Source: Chrysomallon squamiferum (Eukaryota; Animalia; Mollusca). From it: 64,000 bases of DNA. A program made the translations under genes and the position numbers. Location: the NCBI GenBank assembly GCA_012295275.1, contig CM022667.1, positions 3,782,001 through 3,846,000 of the forward strand, read 5' to 3'. How positions within the stretch are numbered: position 1 is the first letter of the stretch; every line of letters begins with the position of its first letter. Below, one piece after another: positions 52,223 to 64,000 of this stretch. Under the pieces are notes generated by a model that ran no database searches, was not told where the DNA came from, and worked only from the letters and a program-made list of their open reading frames with translations.

Positions 52223-55200
52223 CCACACCCACACACTGACATACAGTTATACACAGATACAGACATATTCTATTTCTACAATGTTTTAAACAACAACATC
52301 ATCTTTAACACCATGGCAGTGAAGGTAAAAGATATGTAATAAGAAATCCCAAATGTTTGCTTTTTGTACACCATACACTGTAGCTGCTGTTACAGCAGTG
52401 AAAACACAACTTGTTGTAACAAGTGTTGCTCACCTCATTCAGGACGTCCCTGAGTGTTTTCGTCTGTTGTACCAAGGTGGGCACTGTGGGTGGGTCTCAC
52501 AACTCTGTATTAACACACTGGGGTAAGAGACCTTTTAATGAAGCTTTGATTTTTCACTCCCCCACTTTGAGTGAAAAGAACGTCAGATGACAAATACTTG
52601 AGAAAAAGGAACTTGCGGTAAACTGAAAAAAGGATATTCAGAGAATTTTTTATTGAGTGTTTTGAAATCATGGTGTGTTTTTTTTTTTTGAGTGGGGGCA
52701 TTGGTTGGTTAAAAAGACTTGTTTTAATTTTTTAATGAAGAAAATAATGGTGGTTATGTCAGGTGAATGTTTGGTGAATAATTTGTTTGTCTTAATTAAA
52801 ATAATTTTTTAATTTTGTATTTGTATTATTTATAATCAAAATTTGTCAGCTGACCTTTAATTATGAATTAAAAAAAATAATAATAATAATAATAATAATA
52901 ATAATTATTATTATTATTATTATTACTATTACTATTACTATTACTATTACTAAATTTATTATTATTACTATTACTATTATTATTATTCTTATTATTCTTA
53001 TTATTTTGTTTTTTAACATTGGGATAATATTTAAATTAATTAAACAAAATCAAAATCTTTAAAATCTCTATTTAAGGTATTTATGCATATTTGTGTGTGC
53101 TAGATCTTCACCTATTTATTTTGGGCACTTTGCAATAAACCAGGTAACATAATTCTAGCTCTGTCACTGATACAGAAATAATCACAAGTTTTTACAACTT
53201 TTTGCATCATATCTAAATGAATGAAGATGCCTTATCAAATAAATCCTGTCTGATACAAAATACTCTTGTTGATACTTTGAGATGTGTTTCTTTATTTGTT
53301 TCTTTCTTTATTTATTTTTCCTTTTAAATATATTTTCAGTATGCCTGTTTGTTAATAATGGAGAGATTTGTATCTTATTAAACTCTATTGATTAATGTGG
53401 CCATGTTGTTTTTAATTTAAAATTAAAATGTTTATAGCGCCTGTGCTGAAATATGGCTGCAGATGTTGTTTCATTTTATCTTCGGATAAATCAAATTATT
53501 AATTTTCATGTCACAGCTGTACCTGAAAGTTCTTTGTGACATCGACAATTTGACACTTTATTATTAAAAAATGTTCTTTAGTACATGTATATATGTAACT
53601 GCATACACACACACACCCACACACACACACCCAAAGACATACATACACACATACATACATACATACATACATACACACATAAATACATACATATACATAT
53701 ATAAATGGGTGCAAACATACAAATAAACACACATGCATATAATACTGTTACTTCTACTACAACTAATAGTATTACTATTTTATTACTACTGATATTAGCA
53801 ATATATTACTAGAACTGCCACAACTTATTCTAGTCTACTACCATTACTACTACCATTACTTCTACTACTACTACTGCTACTAGTACTATTACAATTACTT
53901 GAGTGCTTAAAAATACTGAACCATACTGATAAAGACTGAAGCACTTTTGCAACTTTAATCATTATTGCACTTTCACTATTACTGTGCTTTAACATGAGTT
54001 CAGAGCAGCCTGGTTCCCATGCCTCACCCTAGGGACACTACCACTCTCACCCAGACTTTCAGTTCATTGACCTTGAAATTAGAACTTTGAACTTTGCTAC
54101 TGTAAATATCAAGTTTTAATAACTAATGTCTTGAATTTATCAGTTAAACTGAACTTTGTTTCAGTTGTATATAAAAATAACATAGAGGCATTATTTATTG
54201 ACCCAAGTTCATATTTCACACAAAACAAAAAACACCAAAATAAAACAGACAATTACGATCAGCTTCCAGGATTAACATCATGCTATCATCAGAACAAGCA
54301 CAGTACATTTTTTTTTTAAAGTAGCAACGCTGTTTTGACCAAGAAAGTAATTTTTAAAATAAACACAAAAGTTATTATTATTAAACAATTGTAACAGTAG
54401 ATAATACTCCTCGTAACAATATTTATTCTAATCCTTGTAGCCACTGTTGGTCGGGTGAGGTCAGTTAATTGGGGTCAGTAGGACATAATATGACACTGGA
54501 CAATTGGAGCATGAAGTCAACAGATTGTGATTGTTCAGGTTTTGTTAAGGCTTGAATCTGCTGATATGAATATACTTAATTTTTATTTTATTATTATTAT
54601 TTTTATTTATCTCATTTTCGGAGATATCTAAATACTACAAGATTTATTTTGTATTTATGAATATAATGTAAAGTACCTGACAGGCTTTTTAATTTGTTAA
54701 AAGTCCAAAATTATTCCCTTTGAATTTATTATTATTATCAAAAAAATTCATATTACTAAATAATATTATTATTTTTAATAATAATAATAATAATAAGAAG
54801 AAGAAGAGCATCAACAGCTACAACTACAACAACAACAATACTGCTATTACTACTATTATTACTATTGCTATTATAACTACATTATCATCATCATCACTGG
54901 TCACTGGTTTGAACTAGTAATCAAATGCCTTTTTTTTACACAGTGACATATTTAATAATCTTTACGTTAATAGATCAATGGTACTATTTACTTTATTATC
55001 CAAACAGAGATCTTTCTATAAAAGAGAAAAGTTTCAAGTCTTCATAGTCATTATCTTCAACCTCTAAAAGCCTGTTTTTTTTTTCATGACAGTTACAGGT
55101 CCCCAAATAAATGTGCCTAAGATGGTATGAAAAAAAATAATGATGCCATTTGGAATATTCAGAGAGATCACTATAATTTTTATTAGAATGTGAATGCATA

Positions 55201-56432
55201 TTCACTTGTAAAAACAAATTTTATTAAATGTTTAAAAACAGAATAAACTTCATGTTACAAATTGATTAAGTAATTGTTACATTTCATAAAACCTAGATAG
55301 TGCCAGCTAATCTTTTTTTTTTAATCTTGCTAACAACAGATGTTGTGCTTTTTTTTTTATTATCATTTTTATCATCTTGCACTGATGTAACAATAATACA
55401 TTCTAAACAGTAATCTCCATAACAATAGTGCATAATTAAAATGATAAACATAGCTGGTTGGTAGACAGCAATATTTTTATTGTTGTTATAATAGCAGATG
55501 TTCAGGGGGTAAAAAAATAAATTAATAAATAAAACATTCATCTGTTAACTGATGTGCACTTGATGTGGTAATAAAAAGATATATTCAAAAACATAATCTG
55601 CATAAAAGTGATTAGAATTTTAATAAGTATTTGTTTAGAATATAGTGTTTCCTTGTTTTGTAGCATGGGACAACATATGTTCATTACCAGTCAGTTATGT
55701 TGTATTAATAACAGCAACAACAAAAATAATAATATTAATAACATTACCACCATCATAACTGGCACCACCACCATCTCATAATACAGTTATTCTCTTCATT
55801 TTTGTTTATGATAAAAAAGTTTACCTATAATTTGTATGTTGTGAGTTTTCTTTGTTATATTATTAGTTCAAAATGAAAAAACTAACACCTAAAAATGGTA
55901 AATTGTGATGAGTAAATTATTAGTAAATAGTACAAAATTTATTTTATAATATATGGTAATTCCATATTATCTACTTTTGGTGAATTTTTAATTATCTATA
56001 TGTTCTTTTTTATGATCTGTGTGTATGTGTGTGTGTGTTGAAAGGCAAATAAAAAAATTAAAATCTAATAATAAATGATTTTTATTACATTAATATTGCT
56101 AACAACATTAATTTATATTTGCTTACACCTCATTTCCTAATAGCAGTATCCTATTCTTAAACATTATTGTCAAACAAAAAACTCCCCAAAATAATGAAAA
56201 AAGAAATATGTCACCCACCAAAACAAAAAAAAAAAATATATTCAAAATATAATAATAATAATGACAGCCATAATAATGGGTTAATAATGATACAAACCAG
56301 AAATAGAAAAATTTAAAATTTTAATAATAATAACAGCCATAATATTGGTTAATACTGAAACTAAAAAAAACAAAAAAAAAATACAGTATTTGTTTAGTCA
56401 AACAAAAATGGCTAACATTTGATTATTTTCAT

Positions 56433-56536
<104 letters not shown>

Positions 56537-56894
56537 TTTTTTTTTTCACTGTATTTATAAGTATGATGGTTCATAAACTACTGGCCTATATAAGACCATT
56601 CAGACAGAGATTACTGGGTGCTGGAGAGTTTTTCAGATGAGTTGATTGATTAATGATCAATTTCTGTAAATAAGAAGACTATTTGAGTATAGATTACTGA
56701 TGGGAAGAGAGGTACACGATGCTACTTACTAAACATCTTTGGTCATTATCTTGATAGGCATTTGATGACTGATAAGTTTTATTTTGTATATTTATTTAAT
56801 TATTTAAAAATTGTTATTGTTGTTGTTTATTCATTACTGTATGTTTATTTATATACTGGTGCTAAAAATACAAAATATTGTCAATAATCTAATC

Positions 56895-57070
56895 ATTAGC
56901 ATTGAATATTGATTGATTAGCAGTGTGTATTGATAATTAGCATTGGGTATTGATTAATTAGCATTGGATATTGATCAATTAGTTTTGCATATTGATTGAT
57001 TAGCATTGGCTATTGATTAATAAGCATTGAATATTGATTAATTAGCATTGAATATTGATTAAGTAACATT
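56895..57070. repeat. ~21-bp minisatellite
   Basis: Unit ATTAGCATTGAATATTGATT(A/G), about 8 diverged copies. Confidence 0.88.
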
Positions 57071-57635
57071 AACTAGTGATCAGTTAGTGTGATAATTAAT
57101 ATTTTGCCATGAGTGTTGATTCAGAACCATTGCTAATTTATTCTTTTTAGACTCAACAATTGGTTTTTTAGTATCAGTTACTGATTCATTAGCATTGATA
57201 ATTATTGATTCACTAAGTGATTTATGAACATTATTTTTGTTAACATTGGATTCATTAGCACTAGAAGTTGATAAACAAGTAAATGGAATCATTAATAAGA
57301 GAAATTGTTTCACTGGGGTGGCAGCCTCTGACACTGATATCAGAAATGAAGTCTGAATGTGTTATGTTCCAGAGAATAGCGTTGTGCTTTTACTGTAAAC
57401 AACAAAATTTGATTCTAATGAAGTAAGTATAATCTGATCCATCAGAAAGAATTGTTTCTATTAAATAATATCTACTAAGAGAATAAAGAAAAGAAAAATG
57501 ATGAAGTATAAGACTAGGTTCAACGTAGTTGTTTCTGTGGTAATAATGGGACATAACTGCAAATAAAAATGCATGAATGCATACTTCTGTATATACATAC
57601 ACCTAGGCTTGGTGACAGACTTTATAAACTATTAG

Positions 57636-57830
57636 AATTCTGTGAAACTGATTAGATCAGTCCAAATTCCTGTCAACCTAGTTGAATTCTGGGAATTTTA
57701 ATAGTCACCTTCCTGTCAGATATGATATGAATTCTGGAAAAACGGTGACAAAAACTAACCGAACTTCCTGTCAGCCCAACTGAATTGTGGGAAATCATCT
57801 GCTAAGACCAGTGTATTTCCTGTGGGAGAA
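57636..57830. promoter_or_regulatory. Repeated composite motif cluster (TTCCTGTCA-N7-9-TGAATTSTGGRAA x3)
   Basis: Copies at 57667-57695, 57710-57740 and 57765-57793, with unrelated spacers. Confidence 0.5.
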
Positions 57831-58284
57831 TTTGCCAGCTGCCACGGTTACCAATAGATTTTTGGCCTGCTTGTATTAGAACATGTAATTAACTGGGACT
57901 CTCCAAAACTGTTTGTTTTCTGTATGACAGGTGCAGATGATAGGAAATGTTCTCTCTCATCATTATTAATAAATAATAAAGATTTCATCCCCTCCTCAGT
58001 TACTCATTTTATTTTTAGATCTAAATTCCAGTCATTACGTTTCTGTTTCAGAAACAAAAGAAATGTTTTTACACACATTTACAAACGATGTTATTTCGCA
58101 CACACATGACATGCACACACACACACATCTTTTAGAAATGACATGCATCAAACTTAAGAAATAAATGAAAATTTAAATATTTAGTTACTTTTGACTTTTT
58201 AAAAAAATTTGTTTATAATATATCAGTCTCTTTAACTGGGATTAAAAAAGCAATAAAATTTAGCCTACATTATTATTGCTATTG

Positions 58285-58441
58285 TTGTTGTTGTTATTAT
58301 TATTATTATTATAATTATTTTAATCATTGTTTTTGTTTTTTATTATTATCATTGTGTTGATATTAATAATATTGGATGTTGTTATAGTTGTTTTTATTTT
58401 TATTACTGTGGTGGTGGTGATGATAATGACTTATTTAGTTA

Positions 58442-58476
<35 letters not shown>

Positions 58477-58540
58477 GTTACTATTATTATTATTATTATT
58501 ATTGTTATTATTATTATCATAATTACTATTATTATTATTA
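58285..58540. repeat. Imperfect (ATT)n/(GTT)n low-complexity tract
   Basis: Trinucleotide-periodic tract, source of the poly-Ile spurious ORF. Confidence 0.9.
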
Positions 58541-59098
58541 TTTTGCTTTTATCAACATCACTGTTATACAATTGTCGACACTGTTGTTAATTTTGAAAAA
58601 AACATCTTTTATTTAATAATTTACTAAATTATTTATACCGTCTAGTAAATTTAAATATTATGCAACACACTACACTATACATTTGTCCTCCATTCACAAC
58701 TCTTATCACAATGGTATCTTCCCAGCAATAAAACTCCCCAATCTTATCTATAATAACATCTTCTGTGGGACATTAAATTCTTGTGAAGTCCTGTAGGGAC
58801 CATTCATACCCACAGCAGGCATGCTTGAATCATCAGTAAATGTTAACACATGCTGAATGTGTTTCAGATGTCTAACATTCCCTCATACAAATGTTTATGT
58901 GTGAATTCCTCATTAAAGGCCACTTCTTACAGAGGCCAGTTTTTAATGGTCTCCCGGGGGTATGGTTTTTATAGACAAGTTTGAAGAAAGTGTGTCAGGG
59001 GAATTGATGGTAAGTGGTTAATGAGATGCAGGCAGTGGGGAGCTGTGGATTTCAGGGTCAAACCTTGTTAGTGTATCTGTAGTTATATAGATATTTCA

Positions 59099-59142
<44 letters not shown>

Positions 59143-59391
59143 TACGTTTGTAAGTATGTATAATAAACCTTGATTACCTTTTTGCAGTCAATTAATCATT
59201 AATCTTGATATCTCATAATTTAATATTTTCTTTTAGTGTCTGTATTTTCAGCTGTCAAATTATATTAGTTAATTTTGGGAATCATCATCATCATTTAGAA
59301 TAAATTTAAAAAGTAAAACACAAAACCAACATTATTAAATATTTTTGACACATGGTATAAAATTGTCAGCAATTATTTCATGTTATTAATA

Positions 59392-59449
<58 letters not shown>

Positions 59450-60102
59450 CGACACACACACATTAAACCCTGAAGAAAACTAAAATTACAAACAGTTTTC
59501 CTATAAAAATCAATTCCTAACAATTATTAATTATTTCTCAATCATTATCACATTTTGAAATATTTTTGAAACAACAGAAGCTTAGAAGAAAACAAAAACA
59601 TCAATATATATTTTTTTTAAAACAAATACTATAAAAATCCATCAAATGGGGCCGTGGTATGACATCTTCCCAACAGAACGGCACAGACGTTGGGACCATT
59701 GTGGCTGCTGCTGCTGCTGACACTAAACTATTCTCTGATCTTGATCAATCTATAGAAAATTAATACGGTTTTTACTTTGTTTGCTTACATTAACAGGGCC
59801 GTATTTACTGTTTGGCAGAAATAGGAAAAAGACTTTTGAATAATTCATAGAGCACCTGGCATGTTCTTTCTACTTGCTTCACTCTGCAGCATGTCATCTG
59901 ATGAGTTATCTTGTCCTTTTGTTTTTTCTTTTCTTGTGCGGAATAAAAACCGCAGTTCAATATTTGGAATAAATTTTGAAAGAATCAATGGTTGTTTACA
60001 ATCTTCTAATATTATTTAGTTATTATATTGTTATTTTATTTTGTTTATTTATTGGATTTTTCCTGTCTTGTTTGTGGTATTTATTATTTTTAATTATTAT
60101 TA

Positions 60103-60158
<56 letters not shown>

Positions 60159-61048
60159 TTTGATTATGTTTTGTTTTCAGCCCAAATACAGTCATTTGAT
60201 TTATTCATTAACGTAAAAGATATTAAAAGCTTTTTTGGTTATGTATATATATATATATATATATGTATTTATGCATGTTTGTATTTCAGTGTGTGCGTGT
60301 CTACTGGTATTTATGTTGTGTTTATGTTAGTGTTATCATTTCTTTTTATAATTATATTCCATTTTTATTTAACCAAAATATTACTATAAAATATTTTTAC
60401 ATTATACATGATCAGATGATACAGCTGTTTGCTAATTCCATTCAGTTATAAATGTCATCATTCGTTTGTTTGTTGAATGTGAGAAGCATTCTTTCTTTCT
60501 TTCATTCTTTTACTCTGTGTTACACAATTTTTTTTCATTCACTCTATATTTCAAGCATACATTTTTTTTTATTCATGCATTCGTGAATTCATTCATTTAT
60601 ATTTATTTCTGTAATATTGTATTCCTTTATTCTGTTACATTAATGTAGCTATGATGAAATGTTATCATTCATTTCTTCTTTCATCCATCCATCCATCCAT
60701 CCATCCATCCATCCATCCATCCATTCATTTCTTCTTTCACAGTGACACAGTCATCAGCTTTGTATTAATGATGATCAAATGTACTTTGCCCTTCATCATA
60801 ATATAAAATATAATCAGACAAATATACATGCATAATTTGTCTCACTTATTCTTGTATGTCATGCAAACTTAGAGACAGACAGATAGACAGACATAGACAA
60901 AAATAACATTATTATTATCATTATCATTATCATAATCAACATCATCGTAACTCTTTATCAGCAGCATCACTATTATTATTATTATAATTATCATCATCAT
61001 CATCACTGTTGTTATTGTTATTATTTTCTGTTATCGTTATCATCATCA

Positions 61049-61098
<50 letters not shown>

Positions 61099-61690
61099 TT
61101 TATTTTTATTTTTATTTTTATTATTACTGTTGTGACAAACAAAACAGGTACTTGAACAACAGAATGTTTAGCTGTTTTGTTGTGGTTTCATAACAGAAAT
61201 ACTAATGATATAAAACAGATGTTTGGTTAATAACTGTGGTATTGTACACATAGGATATATCTACATACATTATATGTGAATAATATAGTATCTAATTACT
61301 ACAGATAATATGCTTTTGTCACTGCAAACTGTTACTTATAACAGCTGTTTTAAATATACATAGTAATATACGTAAAGACACACACATACACCCACCCACA
61401 CACATAGACACATATATACTTTTTTTTCGCTAGTTGACACATAAAGTACTCTCTGTCACACTCTGTCTTTAACTGATTAGCAGCTAGAGTTCTTTTATAG
61501 ATTTACTCACAGATAAATCAGTATGTAACAACAACTGTGACAGACTGATGTGTGCATCAATGGAGGGTGACCCAGTGATAAAATAATCTTTGCGGCCAAC
61601 ATTCTGCATTTACTAAAATACACACTTGAATACAAACATCTGTGAACATCTTCGCTTACATAAAACTATGCATGTGTACATGTGTCCCTG

Positions 61691-61741
<51 letters not shown>

Positions 61742-62099
61742 GCTCAAACATATGCATACTTTGTCTCATCTGTTTTTGTGCATCTAAATATTCAAATATG
61801 CAAACATACACAAGACAGACAGACAGACACACCAAACAATAATGGACACTAACTGGTTTTAATATAGCCATATTCAGTAAGAGAGAAGTAAAAGTGTATC
61901 TTCTGCATACTCATTTAACATACTTACATCATCATCTGTGGGTGTAAGCAAATTTCAAACTGTAAAATGTTTTATAATACACAATTTCTAATAATAATGT
62001 CACATTTACAAAACATTTTTATCTCTGTTATGGGGTTTTCTGAATTATCTCTTTTTCTTTTTTTTTATATTTCTTATTTTTACATCTTTTATTAAATAA

Positions 62100-62123
62100 T
62101 TTATTATTATTATTAATGTTATT

Positions 62124-62154
<31 letters not shown>

Positions 62155-62167
62155 TTGTTATTGTTAC

Positions 62168-62201
<34 letters not shown>

Positions 62202-62262
62202 GTTTTTATTATTACTATTATTATTATTACTTTATTATTATTATTACTATTATTATTATTAC

Positions 62263-62328
<66 letters not shown>
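62100..62328. repeat. Long imperfect (ATT)n microsatellite
   Basis: About 230-bp ATT-periodic run, source of the poly-L/Y/I spurious ORF. Confidence 0.95.
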
Positions 62329-63152
62329 TATATCTGGTTCTCATTTATCATGATTTATTTATTATATTTCCAAAATTTAAATGTCACATTATTTTATCAT
62401 GACAATTATACTAAGCTACTAATTTGTCTTTTCCACATTTTTTTTTTAAACCCTAACAAAAATTACTGACCAAGTGAGGGCAAAAAGGCTTATGGGGAGA
62501 TCATTCTAAATCATAACCATTTTTCTTTTCTTTTTTTTTTTTTTTTTTTTTTTCTAAAACAGCCAACAGTTTAAAACCTATACATTATCAGCAAGGACAA
62601 ATTTTTTTCCCCTGATAATGATTACTAATTTCTTATCTGTCCAACACACACCTGCTTTTCAACTGCACTGAGGGTTGTTTTAATCCACACACACCCATAA
62701 ATTAACAGATTTACTTTAGAATTTGCTTTTTAATTCCCGGCTAGTGAGCACCTTCTGTCACACTGAATGTAGAAAATGTTAAGAACCTTTTATCATGGCT
62801 GACCATGTGTTTGTGATTCTTCGTATTACTTTCTAATCAACTAATGTCAGTTTAGCCAAACCATTTTTTTTTTTTTTTTTTTTTTTAATTAGTGGGCCTA
62901 TGATAATTTTGGTTTCAAAGGTTAATTCTTTCCATATTGGAGGCATTTGTTAGAAAAGATTGTAATATTATGGTTTCAGACAAATAGTTGTTAAGAGTCA
63001 GACGTATTTCACAATGGGTGTAGTTGGTAAATTTTGTCCTTGTACTGAAAAGATAATATTATTTCACTTATTAATAATGAAGGAAAAAAAATTAAATTTT
63101 TAAAATTATTATTATTGTTGTTGTGTTGTTGTTATTATCATTCTAATTTATT

Positions 63153-63185
<33 letters not shown>

Positions 63186-63458
63186 TATGATTTAACAATA
63201 TATGAAGTTATATATAAGTACTGACTTGAAAGATATCCTTTTAATATGACACATTATTGTGTAATAAATAAAACTGATAAATGCTGCCTTTTGCTTGATA
63301 GTTATCATGTTTTTAGTGGGTAATTATTTTTGTGTGTGCATGTGTTTTGTGTGTGTTTTAATTTATTACTATTATATTACTTTTAATTGTAAATAAAATT
63401 AACCACTGACACAACATACATGTTTTACAAACATTTACTGCTGTCTTGCATTTCAACA

Positions 63459-63537
63459 TTCACGATCAAAGTCATTCTGATGTTTGTTATCAGTTGTTGG
63501 TATATTGAGGTTTATCTTTATTTATAATTTTTTTTAA

Positions 63538-63595
<58 letters not shown>

Positions 63596-63764
63596 GTATT
63601 TTTTTGTAGTGTAGGTTTTATATTTTAATCAAAGTTTATTTGAAGGAAAGCCTTAATTTCTCAGTAAACTGTTAATTTTTAGTGAAGTTCATGTATGCCT
63701 TTCATGATCAAAATCATTCTGAGATTTATTATCAGCTGATGCTATATTGAGGTTTATCTTATTT
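63459..63764. repeat. ~64-bp direct repeat pair 242 bp apart
   Basis: TTCAYGATCAAARTCATTCTGA...TATATTGAGGTTTATCTTATTT at 63459 and 63701, with an (ATT)n run between them. Confidence 0.8.
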
Positions 63765-64000
63765 GTGGTATTTTATATTTTAAAGTTTTTTTTAAAAAGA
63801 ATTCATTTCTCAATATCTATTAATTTTCTGAAAAAAAGTCATGTATTATTTCATTATCAAAATTATTATATTTGTTATCACAAGATGATTAATGTTTTCT
63901 TATATGTTATTTTTAAATTTATGTTATTTTTTTTTGTCATTTTAGTTTCACAAAAGAGATAGAGAACAAAACATCAGCATTGCCATTTTAAAGTAAGTTT

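Noticed and set aside
52876-52930. (AAT)n(TAT)n palindrome
   Set aside because: Juxtaposed complementary microsatellites. It could form a cruciform but is unremarkable in this genome.
59005-59070. tRNA-like A/B-box pattern
   Set aside because: Imperfect B box and no cloverleaf; at most a decayed SINE fragment. No tRNA or rRNA gene was recognised anywhere in the window.
59104-59446. (GT)n and (CA)n runs facing each other
   Set aside because: No complementary unique sequence next to the runs, unlike the 33.8-kb case; chance pairing of abundant microsatellites.

Overview
AT-rich, microsatellite-dense animal genomic DNA with spliceosomal introns. CpG-depleted gene bodies and CpG-retaining promoter-like zones suggest an invertebrate with gene-body methylation, possibly a mollusc (weak inference). 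The first 6 kb holds a head-to-head gene pair. On the minus strand are the first four coding exons of an F-box gene resembling FBXO15, join(2080..1917,1535..1434,857..753,346..233), which continues off the left edge. On the plus strand is a nine-finger C2H2 zinc-finger gene, join(3184..3271,3603..5776), about 753 aa. A CpG-retaining domain with a strong CTCF motif follows at about 8.1-11.9 kb. The remaining ~52 kb has no convincing protein-coding exon and looks like a long 5' intron or regulatory region. It contains motif-dense islands (TALE/NF-Y, ETS+STAT/ZNF143, nuclear-receptor and E-box clusters), a candidate 47-nt exon, several minisatellites, and a 72-bp fold-back inverted duplication whose template-switch origin can be read from the sequence. 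I found no clearly new biological system; the best leads are regulatory or structural. All counts were made by eye.
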